Positions 1-12,339 of a DNA stretch of 64,000 nucleotides are shown one piece after another. The notes below the pieces were generated by a model. The model saw only the letters and a program-made list of their open reading frames with translations, was not told the DNA's origin and made no database searches. Numbering within the stretch: position 1 is the stretch's first letter; every line of letters begins with the position of its first letter. A program made the translations under genes and the position numbers. The stretch comes from Chiloscyllium plagiosum (taxonomy: Eukaryota), in assembly GCF_004010195.1 (NCBI RefSeq), contig NC_057717.1:34749298-34813297 (forward strand). Reading direction: 5' to 3'.

Positions 1-660
1 ACCAAATCCAGTTTGGCCTCACCTCTTGTTGGCCTGTCTACATATTGTGTCAGGAAACTCTCCTGCACACCTTGAACAAACACTGACCCATCTAACGAAC
101 TTGAGCTATAGCTTTCCCAATCAATATCAGGAAAGTTAAAGTCCCCCATAACAACCACCCTATTACTGTCACTCATCTCCTGAATCACCTTCCCAATCCT
201 TTCTTCAATGATTTTAGGACTATTAGGAGGCCTGTAAAACACTCCTAACAGGGTGAGCTCACCTTTCCTATTCCTAACCTCAGCCCAAACTACCTCGGAT
301 GGCAAGTCCTCATCCATCGTCCTTTCCACCACTGTAATACTATCTTTGACAAGCAATGCCACACCTCCCCCTCTTTTTCCCCCACCTCTCTCCCTACTAA
401 AACATTTAAATCCTGGAACCCGCAACTGCCAATCCTGTCCCTGTTCTAGCCATGTCTCCGTAATAGCCACAACATCGAAGTCCCAGGTACCAACCCACGC
501 TGCAAGTTCACCTACCTTATTTCGTATACTTCTTGCATTGAAGTATACACACTTCAAGCCACTTTCCTGTTTACAGACACCCTCCTTGGAAATTGATGCC
601 ATGTTCCTAACCTCCCTACACTCCAGGCCCTGCACCCTGAAGCTACAATCTGGGTTCCCA
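1..660 (-). mobile_element. CR1-clade LINE fragment, ORF2 APE endonuclease domain (runs off window edge)
   Basis: Minus strand reads GLKCVYFNARSIRNKVGEL...VAITETW...GGKRGGGVALLVK...GDFNFPDIDW...FLTQYVDRPTRGEAKLDL, typical of the CR1 APE domain. Confidence 0.9.
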
Positions 661-861
661 TCCCATAACTTCGGATTGACTGCAATATGGACATGCTAAA
701 TAAGGTTTAAGAAAGAATGTCATTTGGAATAATGATTCGGTGGTGACGAAAATTAATATTAGGATCTCTTGATGCGGATATACCACCAATGGCTCCAGTG
801 GTGGAAATGTTCATTGGGCAGTATTTCTATGATGGTATTGAGGTGTGTGAGCTGCCAGGGA

Positions 862-1482
862 TGGGAGCTCCCACTTCATCTGCAGCAGCGTCTTTTGACA
901 TGGACCAGGGAGCATTGGAACATCAGACTGGGAGATCCAGCCTCACCTGGAGCAGCCTCTATTGATAAGAAGCAGCAGGGAGCATTGGAACATCAGACTG
1001 CGAGATCTAACCTCATTTGGAGCAGCTTCAGTTGACATGGAGCAGGGAGCTTTGCGAGATCCGTCTGGGAGCTCCACTCTCACCTGGAGCAGCTTTTAAT
1101 GGCATGTAGCAGCAGGTAGCGTTGGGACATCAGAGTGATAGACCAACCTCAAATGGGCCTCTTCTATTGACATGGAAGAGGCCCAGTTGCATTTTGACAT
1201 CAGACTGGGAGCTCCAACCTCACAAGGACCAGCTTTTAATGACATGTAGCAGCTGGGAGCATTGGGACATCAGAGTGGTAGATCCAACCTCAACTGGACC
1301 GCTGCTATTGAGATGGAGCAGGGAGCATTGGGACATCAGACTGGGAGCTCCAACTTCAAGTAGAGCAGCTTCTATTGACATGGAGCAGCAAGGAGCATTG
1401 GAACGTCAGGTTGGGAGCTCCAACCTCATCTGGTGCAGCTTGTATTTACATGGAAGAGGAGGGAGGATTGGGACATTAGGCT
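862..1482. repeat. Minisatellite, ~9 copies of a 67-70 bp unit
   Basis: Unit ~GGGAGCATTGGAACATCAGACTGGGAGCTCCAACCTCACCTGGAGCAGCTTCTATTGACATGGAGCA(GCA) recurs at ~908, 978, 1045, 1114, 1256, 1321, 1391. Confidence 0.9.
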
Positions 1483-2066
1483 GGGGGAAAGGATATTCAA
1501 CTATTTTAATCTGAACTAAAATATGTTTCAATGACTCAGATGTTAATTGATTTATGAAGAATCTTTCTCGGGGAAATAATTAATTATTTAGATATTAAAG
1601 ACAAGTCCTGCAAACATTCAACTCAGGAAAACGCATTGTTACAGAGAGAAATGGGAGTGATGTTTCATGTCTTTGTCTTTTCTTTTCTGGCCGACTCTGC
1701 AGTGGATTACATCATCGGAAGGACGTTTTCACTCATTTCATGTTGTTCACTTTCCTGCAAATACGGACAGGTCATTAACGTAATCTGAAACTGAAGATTA
1801 ATGGGAATATGCGATGTTATGATTAGGCTGGAGTTTACCTCAAATTATGGTGAAAACGCAGCCAAGTAAGTTGCAATTTCCTTGATCAGCAGTGACCTCA
1901 TTGATTGGCTGATCAGATTGTGAATGGTCTTTTTTTTAGGACAATTTGAAGTGAATCAATGATGGTGATTATCTTTGTTCTTTGTTCACCTTGTGACTGT
2001 TACTGTTATTGCTCATGTCCTTTTTAACATACAGTTCTGCAGCGTGTAAAACCTCAGCTGTGCATC

Positions 2067-2139
2067 TGGCCAGTGGTACAACCATTCGTATAGCGGGCTA
2101 CGGATCAGGCGGTTGTAATTTAGACTTTTACCTGGTGCA
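2067..2139 (+). pseudogene. Degenerate tRNA-Arg(ACG) pseudogene
   Basis: GGCCAGTGG...GCTACGGATCAG...CTGG is colinear with vertebrate tRNA-Arg-ACG; D and T arms degraded. Confidence 0.55.
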
Positions 2140-2280
2140 AGCGCATTGTGGAGATTTATCACACATCCAAACTAATCATTTTTGTTACGCTGAGGTGGAT
2201 AATATTTGAAATTTTCATCTCCACGAACGAAAATTCTTTCACTATCTTCGATCAGTTAACCATGACCAAGAACTATCAGA

Positions 2281-2672
2281 GTAAAAATCATAGAACCGGA
2301 CTGTACCGAACAGACATATCTGGAAGCACCAGTGTTCCTTGCACTGCTTCTTCATCAGGTATTTGTCAACTGTTGGAATCTAAAATGGCTTTGCGTGATT
2401 TTTAAAATTGTCCAACACAGTCCAAGACCAACACCTCCAAGTCATGGGTACCATCGACACCACGAACGGTTGGTTAAAGAACAGATGATCTTCTAAAAGA
2501 TCGCGCATATTGACACACACGCACAAAAGGTTTCTGCAGAAAAACACCCACCTGATGATGGAGCGGCTCTCTGAAAGCTAGTGTTTCCAAATAAACTTGC
2601 TGGACTCTGCCCTGATGTTGTGTAATTTTTAACTTTGTCTACCTAACTCAAACACTGGCACTTCCATATCAT
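2281..2672. mobile_element. Degenerate Penelope-like terminal-repeat fragments in both orientations
   Basis: Matches the repeat seen at 6584, 7900, 34524 and 48257 (cctgatga...gaaagctagtg...tgttgtgtgatttttaactttgt). Confidence 0.7.
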
Positions 2673-3017
2673 AGACAACATCAGTCATGTCCCAGCACTG
2701 TCAGAGAAGGCAATCCTGGAACAGCCCCACGCATTTCACATAGATACGTTTCGTTTTCAGAAACCAACGCAGTAAATCACTGCAGCTCCTATGTATGAAA
2801 ATCACAGAAAAGAAATGGCTGAGACTCAGTTTTTACAGTATTTTGCAACTCTTTGGGAAGTGGAATCAGAGGAGAATGAAGGATTAACTGTCCGACTGTG
2901 TAGAGAGAGGGAAGGCACTTTTCCCTTCTTTGAAGAGCTGGGGTATTGACTGATCTAAGGCATTAAACAGATTCCTGGTAGAGCTGCGCTCTCTGCATCA
3001 GGAACAAGAAGTCCTGA

Positions 3018-3088
3018 TTTCCTGAACGGTAATGAAACCCAGGCCACTCAGTTAAAACGCCGAATACTAACCACTAGACCACCAGGGA
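3018..3088 (-). pseudogene. tRNA-Glu pseudogene
   Basis: Reverse complement TCCCTGGTGGTCTAGTGGTTAGTATTCGGCGTTTTAACTGAGTGGCCTGGGTTTCATTACCGTTCAGGAAA; 5' half nearly identical to tRNA-Glu, anticodon stem and B box mutated. Confidence 0.85.
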
Positions 3089-3721
3089 TGAGGGCAGAAG
3101 CAGTTGCACCGTTTCTTCATAACACATTTTTTGGAATTATGTCAAGCAGATATTTTTCCCCTCAAAAATGATTGAATTATCGAGTGCTTACAGCACAGAA
3201 TTGGTCCCTTCATCTCATTTCCCAGCACTGGGTCTGTAACCTTGTAAGCTCTGGCATTTCACGTGTTCATCTCAATGCTAATTTCTCTGGAACGTTTTAA
3301 TCCTGTAAGACACAATAAATGGGATTAAAGTTTCAGATGGGAAAAATGTGTTCACACTCAGTCTGGGAACTTAACCCCATTTTTCCCCACAGACTGAAGC
3401 ACGCAGACACATTTCCCCAAGAGTTACACAGTCCTCTGGAGAAAACAAACAGAAAGTAAGATTTCACGTACTTGTCTGATATTGTCCCATTTTAGACTTC
3501 AACACCAGTGTCTGGTTATAGGAGAGAAATGAAGCATTCAGCCCCTCCCGTCCCAGTATTCCTTGCCCATTGTTTCCCCTTCAATCTGTAGTTTGTACTG
3601 CCTCACCTCGTTCTTGCTGTAAAACTTGATCATTGCTCACGCCCGCTATTTCCTGTCCTTCCGAACGGTTTTCCTCAAGTTCTTGGAATGAAAAAGAGGA
3701 ATGGCCTATTTTAAGTACTTT

Positions 3722-3765
3722 TCTAGTTTACAAGGCCAGTGTTATCACCACCGAGCAAGCACATT
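3722..3765 (-). pseudogene. Partial tRNA-Thr(TGT) pseudogene
   Basis: Reverse complement GCTCGGTGGTGATAACACTGGCCTTGTAAACTAG vs canonical GCTCAGTGGTTAGAGCACTGGTCTTGTAAACCAG; 3' half unrecognisable. Confidence 0.55.
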
Positions 3766-3941
3766 TGAAGCTCAGAGAGAATGTCTCATACATTAGAAAC
3801 TGAAATGCAAAGATTATTGGATTGCCTCAGTATTGTAAACCAACCTACATAACCGAAATAGAGCCGAGGGATCATGCACAGAAGGATGAGAGTGTAGAAT
3901 GACTAATCTCATGGTGTCCAGGGTGGTGGTAACAGAAATCT

Positions 3942-3991
3942 TCCCTCGTAGTGTAGTGATGAGGATTCAATGCTTTCACTGTCATGGCTTG
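3942..3991 (+). pseudogene. 5' fragment of tRNA-Glu(TTC) pseudogene
   Basis: TCCCTCGTAGTGTAGTGATGAGGATTCAATGCTTTCACTGTCATGGCTTG is colinear with the tRNA-Glu-TTC 5' two-thirds; T arm absent. Confidence 0.7.
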
Positions 3992-4094
3992 TTAAAGGTT
4001 AACGTTTACAGTCATCAATATGAAATGCTACCTGATATTTCGAAGCAGAATGATGTTGTGCAGCAGACAGAATCGTTTCCCTGCATGACCTAAT

Positions 4095-5975
4095 AAGAGA
4101 GCTCAGAAGATCCAGGGCGTGACTTGAGAGACAGGAGGAGACATGAGACGTTTTTGGCGGATAGGATCAGGGTTAACCCTTAGGCTTTCCATTGGTATGT
4201 CAGGAATAAAAGAATGACGAGAGTTAAATTAGGGCCAATCAAGAATAACAGTGGGAAGTCGTGTGTGGAGACAGAGGAGACACGGGGAAGCACTAAATAA
4301 ATATTTTGCGACAGTGTTCACTATAGAAAATGAAAATGTTAGCGAGGAAGTTAGAGATACTTGCATCTAGACTAGAAGAGATTGAGGTTCATAAGGAAGA
4401 GGTATTAGAAATACTGCAGAGTGTGAAAATAGACAAGTCCTCTGGGCCGGATGGGATCTATCCTAGGATCCTCTGGGAAGCAAGATAAGAGATTGCCGAG
4501 CCTGTGGCATTGATCTTCAAATCATCATTGTCTACAGGAATAATGCCTGAGGACTGGAGGATAGCAAATGTGGTTCCCTTGTTCAAGAAGGGTAGTAGAG
4601 ACAAAACTCTGGTAATTACAGATCAGAGAATCTCACTTCAGTTGTTGGTAAAGCGTTCGAAAAGGTTATAAGAGATAGGATTTATAATCGTCTAGAAAAT
4701 AATAATCTGACCAGGGACAGTCAGCACGGTTTTGTAAAGGGTAGGTCGTGCCTAACGAATCTTATTGTCTTTTTTGACAAAGTGACCAAACAGGTAGATG
4801 AGAGTAAGCAGGTTGATGTGCTGTATGTGGACTTCAGCAATGCGTTCGATAAGGTTCCCCACAGTAGGCTGTTATACAAAATTCGGAGGATTGGGATTGT
4901 GGGAGACATAGCAGATTGAATCAGTACTTGACTCGCTGAAAGAAAACAGAGGGTTGTAGTTGATGTAACATGTTCATCTTGGTGTCCAGTTACTAGCGGT
5001 GTTCCGCAAGGGTCGGTGTTGGGTCCACTGCTATTCGTCATTTTTTATAAATGACCTGGATGAGGGCTTAGAAGGGTGGATTAGTAAATTTGCGGACGAC
5101 ACTACGGTCGGTGGAGTTGTGGATAGTGACGATGGATGTAGTAGATTGCAGAGAGACATAGATAGGATGCAGAGCTGGGCTGAGAGGTGGCAAATGGAGT
5201 TTAATGTGGACAAGTGTGAGGTGATACACTTTGGACGGAGTAATCGGAATGCAAAGTTCTGGGCTAATAAGATTTTGGGAGTGCAGATGAACAGAGAGAT
5301 CTCGGTGTCCGTGTACACAAATCCCTGAAAGTTACCACCCAGATTGACAGGGTTGTGAGGAGCGCATACAGCGATTTGGCCTTTATTAATAGAGGTATTG
5401 AGTTCCGGAATCAGGAGGGTTTGCTGCAGCTGAACACAACACTGGTACGGCTACATTTGGAGTATTGTGAACAGTTCTGGTCACCGCATTATAAGAAGGA
5501 TGTTGAAGCTTTGGAAAGGGTGCAGAGGAGATTTTCTAGGAGTTTGCCTGGTGTGGAAAGAATATCTTAGGAGGAAAGACTGAGGGCCTTGAGGCTGTTC
5601 TCGTTAGACAGAAGAAGATTGAGGGGTGACTTAATGGAGACATACAAGATAATCAGAGGGTTAGATAGGATGGACAGAGAGAGCCTTGTTCCAAGTATGG
5701 GGACGGCAAACACGAGGGGACACAACTTTTAAGTGGGGGTATAAGACAGATGTCAGAGGTAGTTTCTTTACTCAGAGAGTAGTTAGGGTATGGAATGCTT
5801 TGCCTGCAACGATAGTAGATTCGCCAAGTTTAAGTGCATTTAAGTCGTCATCGGAGAGTCATATGGACGTAATGGAGCAGTGTAGAATGAATGGACTTCA
5901 GATTAGTATGACAGGGCGGCGCAGCATCGAGGGCCGAAGGGCCTGTACTGCGCTGTAATGTTCTAAGTTCTATAT
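4095..5975 (+). mobile_element. 5'-truncated CR1/HER1-type LINE (RT + 3'UTR), disrupted
   Basis: [53 protein letters not shown]; 3' end gggccgaagggcctgtactgcgctgta plus ttcta repeats. Confidence 0.95.
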
Positions 5976-7168
5976 GCTACAGTTCCACATCAGCAATTGC
6001 CTGACGTTCAATCAGTTTAAAACAAGAACGGAGGGGGTGTCAGGAAAACGGAAGGGGAATTGTGGTTTGTGAGAGTTGACTGCATGCCTCCTGGAGCCAG
6101 GTTCAATGTAGATACTGAATATCGGTTTTCCTGTTTGCCTTGATATACTGATCACTACGGATCAATTATCCAATATTGTCTGCCCTTTGTGTGTTGTTCT
6201 TTGTATATTTCACCTCGGTTCAGTGCTCCGGGACGACCACGCATTTTTTTTTTAAAATTTGGCACGTTTTACCCAGGTCGGTTTTGCAGCTTCATATTAA
6301 GGCCAACAATTTTAGGAACAGAAAGACACCATTGAGACCATCGAGTCTGCTCCGCTATTGAATGGTTCCATATCTGATCTGATAACCTTGAACTGCACTT
6401 TCTTGCCTTTCCCCATAAGGCTTGATGTCTTTGCTGTTTGAAGATCTCCAGATCTCAGCCTCATTACACCTAATGACACTTTCTCAACAGCCTTCTGCTA
6501 AAAGAAAGTCCACTGATACCGAACTGTCTGACAGAATAAATGCTTCACATCTCTATTTTAATTGTGGGATCCGCATTAGAATACAAAGTTAAAAATCACA
6601 CAACACCAGGTCAGTGTCCAACAGGTTTAATGGAAGCAATAGCTTTTGGAGAGCTGCTCCTTCATCAGGTGGCTGTGGAGTACACAGTGGTAAGACACAG
6701 AATTTATAGGAAAAGCTTACAGTGTAATGTCACTGAAGTTATACATTGAGAAATACCTTGATTGTTTGTTAAGTCCTCCATCTGTTAGAATGACTATGTT
6801 AGGTTCACTTCTTTCTTATGTAAATCGAAAAACTTTGTTTAACAGTTACATTCTCAGGTGAACTTTACCAATTAGTGTCATCACAGATAATATGTTGACA
6901 GTGTTAGTCCCTGTGTGCTGCGTCTGTGCCATAATGTTTAGACTGACGTTAATCTACAAAAAAAAACAACACGCTGCAGGCAAGAATACTTTAAGGCATG
7001 ATACATTGGTGAAACCGAGCAGAGGCTACAGCAACGGAATGAGCACTGCACATCAATAAACAGATAGGTATGCCCCATCCCACTTCAGCGGTCCAGGACA
7101 TTTGACCTCGGACCTTCGAGTGTCAATCCTCCAGGGCGGGCTTCGGAACAGGCAGCAGCTAAAAGTGC

Positions 7169-7385
7169 TGAAAATGTGTTGCAGGAAAAGTAGCAGGTCA
7201 GGCAGCATCCAAGGAACAGGAGAATCGACGTTTCGGCATAAGCCCTTCTTCAGGAATTCCTGAAGAAGGGCTTATGCCCGAAACGTCGATTCTCCTGTTC
7301 ATTGGATGCTGCCTAACCTGCTGCGCTTTTCCAGCAACATATTTTCAGCTCTGATCTCCAGCATCTGCAGTCCTCACTTTCTCCT
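7169..7385. mobile_element. 217-bp fold-back PLE-derived mini-element with 15-bp TSD
   Basis: AGCAGCTAAAAGTGC at 7154-7168 and 7386-7400; palindrome centred at 7256/7257 (ttcttcaggaa|ttcctgaagaa). Confidence 0.9.
7257..7291 (+). ncRNA. Minimal type I hammerhead ribozyme motif
   Basis: UUC-CUGAAGA-A-GGGC-UUAU-GCCC-GAA-ACGU-C-GAUU: full core, 4-bp helix II, palindromic ACGU helix III; predicted cut after C7287. Confidence 0.75.
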
Positions 7386-8286
7386 AGCAGCTAAAAGTGC
7401 CCACGCAGAGGCTGATAGCTAAAGTCGGTACCCATGGGAATTGCCTCAGCCAGGTCCTTGGGTTCATGTCACAGTTCCGGTGATCCCATTGCCCTATCTA
7501 CAAACAGAGACCCTCCTACACACACACACACAAACACATATACGTTTGTGGGGTGAAATTGTACTTGCAGAGTTACAATGTACTTTGCTCAAAAACTGTA
7601 TGAATCCATGTAAGTCTCTGGTAACTCATTTTTATAAATTAGAATCAGTTTAAACATAATGGAACAGACAGCAGCACACGCGGGCAGACATCAGTTGTTG
7701 AATTTCTAACTGAGAATGAAACTTTATAATAACAAGTCTTGCACTTTACATATGAAAGAAGTGAAGCTAACATGGTCATTCTAACAGATCGGAGACTTAG
7801 CAAACAATCAAGGTATTTCTCAATGTCTAATTTCAGTCACATCACACTGTAAACGTATGCTATAAATTCTGTGACTTACAACTGTGTACTCCACAATCAC
7901 CTGATGAATGAGCAGCGGTCCGAAAGCTAGTACTTCCACTTAAGTCTGTTGAACGATAACCTGGTGTTGTGTGATTTTCAAATTTGCATACCCCAGTCCA
8001 AAACCGGCATTTCCAACTCATTCGATGTGAGGCGCTCTGGTTACAGAACCAAACTTTCTGCGACTTTTTAAATCCTTGAAAAAAACCTATATGTTTCAAT
8101 AAGGATCATTTTTGTAGTACTGAGTCTGAGCAGGCAAAGGCAACTGATTTCAGCGTTTCTTCCCATTTGATTTCATCTCCGATATGAAATTCTCACTGAC
8201 TCTGACAGAACTGCTACCTTTGCTGTTTTATAATGTCAGGAACTCATGTTCAATTTAAGATTTTCATAAGGAACAACAAATATTTT

Positions 8287-8357
8287 TTCCCTGACTGGAA
8301 ATCAACATTGGGAAATAGCAATGAGACAGCTGAATTTCAGCACTTTCGCACCAAGGA
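8287..8357 (-). pseudogene. Highly degenerate tRNA-Glu(CTC) pseudogene
   Basis: Reverse complement TCCTTGGTG...TCTCA...GATTTCCAGTCAGGGAA; 71 nt with tRNA-Glu-like ends. Confidence 0.55.
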
Positions 8358-8974
8358 AGCCATATGCAATGCTTGGAACTTTCTTTGATGACTTTGTTTT
8401 TGCCTATTTTGTTCAGTTGAAAAATGGCAGTTTTGGAGTTTTTTAGAGCATGGCGAATGGCCCTTCATCCGATTGCATCAGTATCAGTCATCATACATCT
8501 GGCTTGTAAACACAATTTCCAGCACGTGACTCATCGCCTGGTTTGTTCTAACATTTCAAGTCTTTAGATAAATTGTTAATCAATTTCTTAAGGGCTTAAG
8601 TGGAACAAAAACAACTCTGTGAACTAACAGTTCTGAAAGACAATCTCTTTCTCAGAGCCGTTTGTCAGTTTTCCTCATGATGCTGTGGAAAATGTTTCTG
8701 TGCTCACATCTGAATTGGTTTACCCTGTTTCTTCCTCAGCTTCCTTCTTCTTTCTATTAAATGGTTTAAATTCCAATACCGACATAAGGTGCAGGTTGCA
8801 GAATTCACGTGTTTGTACTTTCACAAACACTCTGTCTCGCCGGGAGCTGCAGTCCTTCCCCACGCTGATTCAGACAGCACTGTCCTTCCTGTGACATGTC
8901 CCATGGAGAATGGAAGGACAGACATTAATTACCCGCACTTGGAAACGGAGCGACAGTTTTAAAACATTTATAGT

Positions 8975-9046
8975 GCCCCCAGCGAGGAATTGCGCTCCTA
9001 TCTCCCGCATGACATACGGCGACACTAACCACTATACTACTGAGGA
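8975..9046 (-). pseudogene. tRNA-Asp(GTC) pseudogene
   Basis: Reverse complement TCCTCAGTAGTATAGTGGTTAGTGTCGCCGTATGTCATGCGGGAGATAGGAGCGCAATTCCTCGCTGGGGGC; B box GTTCGA lost. Confidence 0.85.
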
Positions 9047-9559
9047 CAATACTTTCAAAGGAGACACTTCAGCCCTTGTGGTTGCATTTGTCAAAAGCAA
9101 CTGCTTAACGACCCGAATCGGTTAGCCCATAGCCTTACAGGTATTGGCAGAATATATTACATTTGAATATTCCTTCAGGTTATAAGGGTTGCTGCATCTC
9201 TGACCCTTACAGACAGTGTGTTCCAAATTCGAACACCCGCTGGCCGATGCTGCTTTTCTACACATCTACTTAAGCCTTTCTGTCTCTCTCCTTAAATTTC
9301 TGCCCCCCTGTGAGCGTTCTTTCCAGCGACGGGAAACACTTCTTTCAGTCTACCTTATCTATACCCCACACAAACTCGTCTGCACGGTTACAAACAACAC
9401 CAGCTTGTCCTGTCTCCCTTCATGACTGAAATTCTTCTGCCACGACACTATCTGAGTGAATGTCTCCTGCAACTTTCCCAGTGCGAACTCATCCTTGGAC
9501 AATTCTAGCATTGAGCCGAATGAACATATGTCCGTTCTGTAACAGCATCGGGGGTGGCC

Positions 9560-9807
9560 CTGCAGCATTTATTGCCTTCCGGTTTGGAGTCACGTGGACC
9601 CCAGACCAGACAAGGACGGCAGTTTCCTTTCCTCAAGGACGTCAGTGAAAGAGATGGGTTTTTCAGACAACGTATTCTTAATTCTAGGCATTTATTGCAT
9701 TCACATACTACCATTGTCGTGGTGCGGTGGGAATCCAACCCGTCTCCACAGAACATTACCTGGCTTTGCTGTGTTAACAATCCAGCGATAATACCACTGT
9801 ACTATCG
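9560..9807 (-). mobile_element. Old tRNA-derived SINE with conserved central domain
   Basis: Central motif (minus) cccatct..ttcactgacgtccttgaggaaaggaaactgccgtccttgtctggtctgg; same family as ~11045-11275 and ~12045-12305. Confidence 0.7.
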
Positions 9808-10288
9808 CAGAAAGTCCTCATGGGGGATCTTTTCCAATAGAGTCTCTTTTCCCCAGTTATTCCCTATGCCCTTTTATTGAGCCTCACGCTCTAATAATCT
9901 CTGGTCCATGTCAGTAAAAGCTGCTAAAAGAGAATTGATCGCACAGCCACGATATCCAAACGGATCGAATGATTTGAAGGTGCCAATGAAGAGATTGGGG
10001 CAACAGTGAGTGCAACGGCACAGACTGGATGGTATCTACGTGCAGGTGTATGTTAGATTGTGCAATGCCTCAGTCAAATGGGACGAGGGACGGAAAAGAG
10101 AGCTAGGGAGAGTGCGAGGGAGAGACATCTTCGAGAACTTTTGGGTTTAAATCCTAATACATGAAACGCAGAAATATCAGAGAACAAAATTCGATGGAAA
10201 TCAGATCATCACCTCGAGAATATTATCTTGTAAAAACGATTAAGTTCTGACCGTGTTTCACCAAAAGTAAAACTTTGAGAGAACTGAC

Positions 10289-10360
10289 CGCCAGGATGTG
10301 GATTCGAGCCGAGGTCACTGCAATCACAACGCAGAATACGAACTACTAAACGGTTACAGC
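10289..10360 (-). pseudogene. tRNA-His(GTG) pseudogene
   Basis: Reverse complement GCTGTAACCGTTTAGTAGTTCGTATTCTGCGTTGTGATTGCAGTGACCTCGGCTCGAATCCACATCCTGGCG; 72 nt, colinear with tRNA-His. Confidence 0.85.
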
Positions 10361-10877
10361 ATTCCACAGACTACGCTTGCAAACTGCAACCAGTATGGTA
10401 GCAAAGGAAATGTCAGGAAGAATGTACAATATCAGGACTTAGCGACAGGCATGTGGGAACGCAGAATGAACAGAATCTTTAACTTTAGCGTCCCCAGAGA
10501 ATGTGGAGATTCCATGAATGAGAGTACTGGAGAAATGGATTAATGAAACTCTCCAAACTCTTCGGAGAGTGCAGAATATTGTTGAAACGTATGCTTCAAT
10601 AGCATTATAGTTGAACATCGGCTACTTCATCACTTTGCCCACACAAGGCATTAGCAACTGCTGCATGCAATCACACATAATCCCAGTTCCAGACCCGGAA
10701 TCAGAAAATACTGTGTGAAGCATGCACGAAGATCCAATTGGAAACTGGGATGGAATGACGGGAGAGAGGCGCATGTATTTCCGAGGTTGGGACAGGTCCT
10801 GGTCAAAAGTGGGGCGGAAGGGAATACTTGCCCCCATTTATAATATTATGACCATAAACAGTACATGTTGCTGAGAC

Positions 10878-10950
10878 AGCCGATTGGCGCATCTGAAGCG
10901 TGTGGAGACTTTACCTTTGGGGTGGCAAGGTTCGAAATTTCATTTTCCTG
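10878..10950 (+). pseudogene. Degenerate initiator tRNA-Met pseudogene
   Basis: AGCCGATTGGCGCATCTGAAGCGTG...TCGAAA vs iMet AGCAGAGTGGCGCAGCGGAAGCGTG...TCGAAA; anticodon arm destroyed. Confidence 0.6.
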
Positions 10951-12044
10951 TTTGGATCAGTGGTTTTGACATTGGCATCTGCTTTTGTTCGCATCAGCTC
11001 AGAATCAGCTTCTTGTTTCCAATAAATACTGCAACCTGGAGAAGGTGGTGTTGTGGTTATATAACAAAATAGTCATCCTTGGAGACTCACACACGGAACT
11101 GATAATGTTAAAGTTCGACGAATAAAACTTGGAATGGAAGCCTGACCTCAGGAACAGAGAACATACCTTTAATTTCCTGAAATCCCATTCATGCATGTCG
11201 CTTATAAAGGGGATGTTCTTTACCCAATCCTGCCTACTTGTGTCTCCAGGACCTGAACAAAAATAGCTGACCCTTAATCCGAGAATAACGACCGTGTGGG
11301 AAAGCAGGCCATTCGGCCCTTTCAGTGGACACCAATTCTCTGAAGCACATCGTATCAGACCCACACTCCATACCTATTCCGTTCTTCTTTATTTCCCATG
11401 GCTGATCCCAGTAACCTGCACACCTTCATACTGTGGGAGGAAACTCACACAAGCAAAGAGAGAATCTGCAAACTGCACACAGTCACACGAGACTGGGATC
11501 GAATCCATGTCTTTCGTGCAGCGAGACAGCAGCGAATCAGGAAAAACAACAAATGCTGTCCTGACTAGCGACATCCACACCCTGTGGGTATATCAGGAAG
11601 AATAAAAACACGTTCACAACATGGACAACGGGACTTGTGTCTGCATGGACATGATTGGAACCAATCGTTCATCCTGGGTAGATACAAGGACACCAATATC
11701 ACAGAGAAACCAGCGCAATGGGGGATTCAATTACCTGCTGAAGTGGAAACTCATCTACTCAGTCAAACTGGGGACAGACTATTCAACAGTCCCGTGTGTG
11801 GGAAGGGCTCAATGAGCAAAATAATCTCCAGAGTAACCAGCAAGATTACATATCCCAGAAGGAGATCAATTAAACTGTCAACGCTGCTGTTAATCCAAAC
11901 CAGATGCCAGTTTCATAGCATCAAAGTCATAGACTCACACAGAATGAAAACAGGCCTTTCACTCCTACCAGCTCAGACTGAACATAATGCCAAACTAAAC
12001 GAGTCGCATCTGACGGGTCTTGTAACTGCTGAGGGTTAATAATG

Positions 12045-12305
12045 CCCTTGTGATATTATTACTGCATTGTTAATATGAATGTCCAGATATAATTCTGTGG
12101 GCACGGGTTCAAACCCTGGCATGGCAGATGCTGGAATTTTATTTAAATAAATACCTAGAGTCTAATGATGATGTTGAATCAGCTGTTGTCGATCTGATTC
12201 ACTAATGCCTGATAGGGAAGTAAACTGCCATACCTATCTGGTCTGGCTGGTATGTGACTGCAGATCCATAATATCGTGGTTGATTCTGAACTTCCCTCTG
12301 GGCAA
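12045..12305 (+). mobile_element. Old tRNA-derived SINE (same family as 9560-9807)
   Basis: B box GGGTTCAAACCC followed by atggcagatgctggaattt...atctgattcactaatgcc..tagggaag..aactgcc...tggtctgg. Confidence 0.7.
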
Positions 12306-12339
12306 TAAATTATGTACTAGGCATTAATGAATAGCTTTT

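Larger units (their letters stand above)
6584..8020 (+). mobile_element. Penelope-like element remnant: inverted terminal repeat + GIY-YIG fragment + 3' terminal repeat
   Basis: 6584-~6960 is the inverse of ~7630-7985; 6972-7050 reads RCRQ..AxYIGETEQRLQQR (GIY-YIG); interrupted by the insert at 7169-7385. Confidence 0.85.

Noticed and set aside
862-1482. CRISPR-like array
   Set aside because: Eukaryotic DNA, and whole units are repeated with no unique spacers.
3018-3088. tRNA-Glu copy with TTA at the anticodon position (ochre suppressor?)
   Set aside because: The anticodon stem does not pair and the B box/T loop is mutated, so this is simple decay.
6050-6121. Possible tRNA-Cys(GCA) remnant (TTGACTGCA...GGTTCAA at the correct spacing)
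   Set aside because: Too few matching bases and no stems, so it cannot be supported.
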